A stretch of DNA of 64,000 nucleotides, from positions 111,788,001 to 111,852,000 of the forward strand of contig NC_086108.1 in NCBI RefSeq assembly GCF_963921235.1, given 5' to 3'. Origin of the DNA: Mobula hypostoma. Taxonomy: Eukaryota. The notes beneath the pieces are model-generated. The model saw nothing but the letters and a program-made list of their open reading frames with translations, had not been told where the DNA came from and ran no database searches. Made by a program: the position numbers and the translations under genes. This document shows, piece after piece, positions 60,236 through 64,000 of the stretch. How positions within the stretch are numbered: position 1 is the first letter of the stretch; every line of letters starts with the position of its first letter.

Positions 60236-61387
60236 GCGCCTCTTCCTATAGATGCTGCTTGGCCTGCTGCGTTCACCAGCAACTTTGATGTGTGTTGCTT
60301 GAATTTCCAGCATCTGCAGAATTCCTGTTGTTTTCGATTTTCATGGCATCAGGTTGGAGGCTACCCAGACGGAATATAAGGTGTTGTTTCTCCAACCTGA
60401 GTGTGGCTTCATCTTTACAGTAGAGGAGGCCATGGATAGACATGTCATAATGGGAATGGAATGTGGAATTAAAATGTGTGGCCACTGGGAGATCCTGCTT
60501 TCTCTGGCGGACAGAGCGTAGATGTTTAGCAAAGCGGTCTCCCAGTCTGCGTCGGGTCTCCCCAATATATAGAAGGCCACATCGGGAGCACCGGACGCAG
60601 TATATCACCCCAGCCGACTCACAGGTGAAGTGTTGCCTCACCTGGAAGGACTGTTTGGGGCCCTGAATGGTGGTAAGGGAGGAAGTGTAAGGGCATGTGT
60701 AGCACTTGTTCCGCTTACACGGATAAGTGCCAGGAGGGAGATCAGTGGGGAAGGATGGGGGGGATGAATGGACAAGGGAGTTGCGTAGGGAGCGATCCCT
60801 GCGGAATGCAGAGAGAGGCGGGGAGGGAACGATGTGCTTAGTGGTGGGATCCCGTTGGAGGTGGCGGAAGTTATGGAGAATAATATGTTGGACCCGGAGG
60901 CTGGTGGGGTGGTAGGTGAGGACCAGGGGAACCCTATTCCTTGTGGGGTGGTGGGAGGATGGAGTGAGAGCAGATGTACGTGAAATGGGGGAGATGCGTT
61001 TGGGAGCAGAGTTGATAGTGGAGGAAGGGAAGCCTCTTTCTTTAAAAAAGGAAGACATCTCCCTCGTCCTGGAATGAAAAGCCTCATCCTGAGAGCAGAT
61101 GCGGCGGAGACGGAGGAATTGCGAGAAGGGAATGGCGTTTTTGCAAGAGACAGGGTGAGAAGAGGAATAGTCCAGATAGCTGTGAGACTGCTACTCTTGT
61201 TCGTTGGCACCCCTACCCCCCCCCACCCTCCACCGGTCGGCGGACCGCAGTGCAAAAAAGGTTGGGGACCCCTGAACCAATGAGTCTGTCTTTGGACTGC
61301 AGGAGGAAACCAGAGCACCTGGAGGAAACCCCCCGAGCGGTAACAGCGTTGCACTAACTGCTACGCTACTGCTGCACCCTTTGTTTG

Positions 61388-62476
61388 TTAATACAGTTCA
61401 TTTTTGAGAATGTGACTAAACACGTTGATGAAGGTAGAGCAGTAGATGTAGTGCATATGGATTTCCAGGCATTTGACAAGGTACCCCATGCAAGGCTTAC
61501 TGAGAAAGTAAGGAGGCATGGGATCCAAGGGGACATTGCTTTGTGGATCCAGAACTGGCTTACCCACAGAGGCAAAGACTGGTTGTAGACAGGTCATATT
61601 CTGCATGGAGGTGGGTGACCAGTGGTGTGCCTCAGGGATCTGTTCTGGGACCCGTACTCTTTGTGATTTTTATAAATGACCTGGATGAGGGAGTGGAGGG
61701 GTGGGTTAGTAAGTTTGCTGATGATGCAAAGGTTGGGGATGTTGTGGATAGTGTGGAGTGCCGACGGAAGTTACAGCGGGACATTGATAGGATGCAAAAC
61801 TGGGCTGAGAAGTGGCAGATAGAGTTCAGCCCAGGTAAGTGTGAGGTGGTTCATTTTGGTAGGTCAAATATAATGGCGGGATATAGTATTAATGGTAAGA
61901 CTCTTGGCAGTGTGGAGGATCAGAGTGATCTTGGGATCCGAGTCCATAAGACACTCAAAGCTGCTGCGCGGGTTGACTCTGTGGTTAAGAAGGCATATGG
62001 TGCATGGCCTTCATCAACTGTGGGATTCAGTTGAGGAGCTGAGAGTTAATATTGCAGCTCAATAGGACCCTGGTCAGACCCCACTTGGAGTACTGTGCTG
62101 AGTTCTGGTCGCCTCACTACAGGAAGGATGTGGAAACTATAGAAAGGGTGCAGAGGAGATTTACAAGGATGTTACCTGGATTGGGGAGCATGCCTTATGA
62201 AAACAGGTTGAGTGAACTCGGCCTTTTCTCCTTGGAGCGACGGAGAATGAGAGGTGACCTGATAGAGGTGCATAAGATGATGAGAGGCATTGATCGTGTG
62301 GATAGGCAGAGGCTTTTTCCCAGGGCTGAAATGGCTACTATGAGAGGCACAGCTTTAAGGTGCTTGGAAGTAGGTACAGAGAGGATGAGATGAACTTTTA
62401 CGCAGAGAGTGGTGAATGTGTGGAATGGGCTGCCGGTGACGGTGGTGGAGGCGGATATGATAGGGTCTTTTCAGAG
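61388..62476 (+). mobile_element. CR1 RT/3' fragment
   Basis: [31 protein letters not shown]. Confidence 0.9.
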
Positions 62477-62559
62477 TAATAAAGGCATCTGTTAGTCTTG
62501 CGAGACCATGGATCTGCGCCTGATTGACACTTTATCCTTGTACTGTTCCTTGATACTGC

Positions 62560-62870
62560 TTTTTTTTCTATACAAGATATCTTTATTTCAAATTCAATGT
62601 TATATATACAAAACAGTGACTAACACAATTACTTCACTCTAAATAGACAATATCCGTTAAACCAAAATGTTTCCATCTCTGTCAGTGATGGCATTTACAC
62701 CCCGCGGAGCCCAATGGTCCCGGAACGCCTCTAAGGTCACCGTGGACTGCAAACATACCCCCTAAACATTGCCAGGCAGATCCTCCCGCCACCCATTTCC
62801 AAGACCCATGGACGGCTGTTTTCGCCAGCCCCAGGAGCAAGTTGACAAGGACATCCTCATCCCTCCATGC
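62560..62870 (-). mobile_element. Tx1 (L1 clade) ORF2 3' remnant
   Basis: [16 protein letters not shown]...EAFRDHWAP; AATAAA and an A-rich tail on the minus strand. Confidence 0.6.
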
Positions 62871-63770
62871 CACAATAGATCAAAGGCAGACACAATCTCA
62901 ATGGCTCTCCACACGGCTTTAGACCACCTAGACACCACAAACACCTACGTCAGGATGCTGTTCATCGACTATAGCTCAGCATTTAATACCATAAGTCCCA
63001 CAATCCTGATTGAGAAGTTGCAAAACCTGGGACTCTGTACCTCCCTCTGCAATTGGATCCTCGAATTCCTAACCAGAAGACCACAGTCTGTGAGGCTTGG
63101 TGATAACATATCCTCCTCACTGACGATCAACACTGGTGCACCTCAGGGGTGTGTGCTTAGCCTACTGCTCTACTCTCTCTATACCCATGACTGTGTGGCT
63201 AGGCATAGCTCAAATACCATCCATAAATTTGCTGACGATACAAACATTGTTGGTAGAATCTCAGGTGGTGACGAGAGGGTGTACAGGAGTGAGATATGCC
63301 AACTAGTGGAGTGGTGTCGCAGCAACAACCTGGCACTCAACGTCAGTAAGACAAAAGAGCTGATTGTGGATTTCAGGGAGGGTAAGACGAAGTAACACAT
63401 ACCAATCCTCATAGAGGGATCAGAAGTGGAGAGAATGAGTAGGTTCAAGTTCCAGGGTGTCAGGATCTCTGAGGATCTAACCTGGTCCGAACATACCAAT
63501 GTACTCATAAGGAAGGCAAGACAGCAGCTGTACTTTTTAAGGATTTGAAGAGATTTGGCATGTCAACAAATACACTCAAAAACTTCTATAGCTGTACTGT
63601 GGAGAGCATTCTGACAGGCTGCATCACTGTCTGGTATGGAGGGGCTACTGGCAGGACCAAAAGAAGCTGCAGAAGGTTGTAAATCTAGTCAGCTCCATCT
63701 TGGGCACTAGCCTACAAAGTACCCAGGACATCTTTAGGGAGTGGTGTCTCAGAAAGGCAGCGTCCATTAT
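62870..63770 (+). mobile_element. Rex1/Babar LINE RT fragment, same family as 28950-30788
   Basis: ORF 62769..63395 [28 protein letters not shown]. Confidence 0.92.
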
Positions 63771-64000
63771 AGAAACATAGAAACATAGAAAATAGGTGCA
63801 GGAGTAGGCCATTCGGCCCTTCGAGCCTGCACCGCCATTTATTATGATCATGGCTGATCATCCAACTCAGAACCCAGCCTTCCCTCCATACCCCCTGACC
63901 CCTGTAGCCACAAGGGCCATATCTAACTTCCTTTTAAACATAGCTAATGAACTGGCCTCAACAGTTTGCTGTGGCAGAGAATTCCACAGATTCACCACTC
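63769..64000 (-). mobile_element. Young CR1 3' end, truncated by the window edge
   Basis: Matches 43184-43420. Confidence 0.9.

Larger units (their letters stand above)
60077..60333. mobile_element. Fold-back Penelope mini-element (109-bp arms, 4-nt loop)
   Basis: 60077-60185 vs 60190-60298 are inverted with one mismatch; TSD TCGATTTTCATG(GCA) at 60065 and 60334. Confidence 0.9.
59657..61185 (-). mobile_element. Young Penelope-like element, 5'-truncated, with open GIY-YIG endonuclease region
   Basis: ORF 60273..61058 [36 protein letters not shown]...PVATHFNS; GACTGCTAC is duplicated at 59648-59656 and 61186-61194 but single in hAT copy 1. Confidence 0.93.
58618..61274 (+). mobile_element. 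Non-autonomous hAT (Buster/Charlie) element, copy 2, split by a Penelope insertion
   Basis: 58618-59656 plus 61195-61274 is the reverse complement of copy 1; left flank TACTAACC (NNNTANNN), right flank keeps only AACC; inserted in a SINE. Confidence 0.9.

Noticed and set aside
53260..64000. Neighbouring gene such as SYDE2, expected from human synteny
   Set aside because: No recognisable exons; the region reads as repeats. Small exons could have been missed by eye.
1..64000. CRISPR arrays, rRNA, true tRNA genes or prokaryotic systems
   Set aside because: None seen. Recurrent motifs are dispersed retroelement tails, and the tRNA-like boxes belong to SINE heads.

Overview
Eukaryotic genomic DNA, heavily repeat-derived. 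The repeat set (CR1, Rex1/Babar, L2, Penelope-like elements with GIY-YIG, V-SINE-type SINEs) suggests a cartilaginous fish, probably a ray; this is inference. One host gene is visible: the 3' half of DNAI3 (WDR63, inner-arm dynein intermediate chain) on the + strand. It has 10 coding exons from 3893 to 53161 with GT-AG sites and matching phases, totalling 1158 nt (385 aa plus stop), followed by a poly(A) signal at about 53195. The rest is mostly nested mobile DNA: a decayed Gypsy element with PNMA-like gag, two solo LTRs, three hAT elements, a Harbinger MITE, a Tc1/pogo-type MITE, many LINE fragments, SINEs and more than 15 Penelope-like pieces carrying minimal hammerhead ribozyme (HHR) motifs. 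Most notable observations: (1) an inverted, frameshifted copy of a DNAI3 exon fused to a Penelope tail and flanking the next exon; (2) tiny fold-back HHR-bearing mini-elements with target-site duplications (TSDs); (3) a hAT non-autonomous element carrying CR1 cargo and sharing a promoter-like module with an unrelated Harbinger MITE; (4) a local duplication of the DNAI3 poly(A) region. Repeat boundaries without a TSD are approximate, and family names come from recalled motifs, not database searches.
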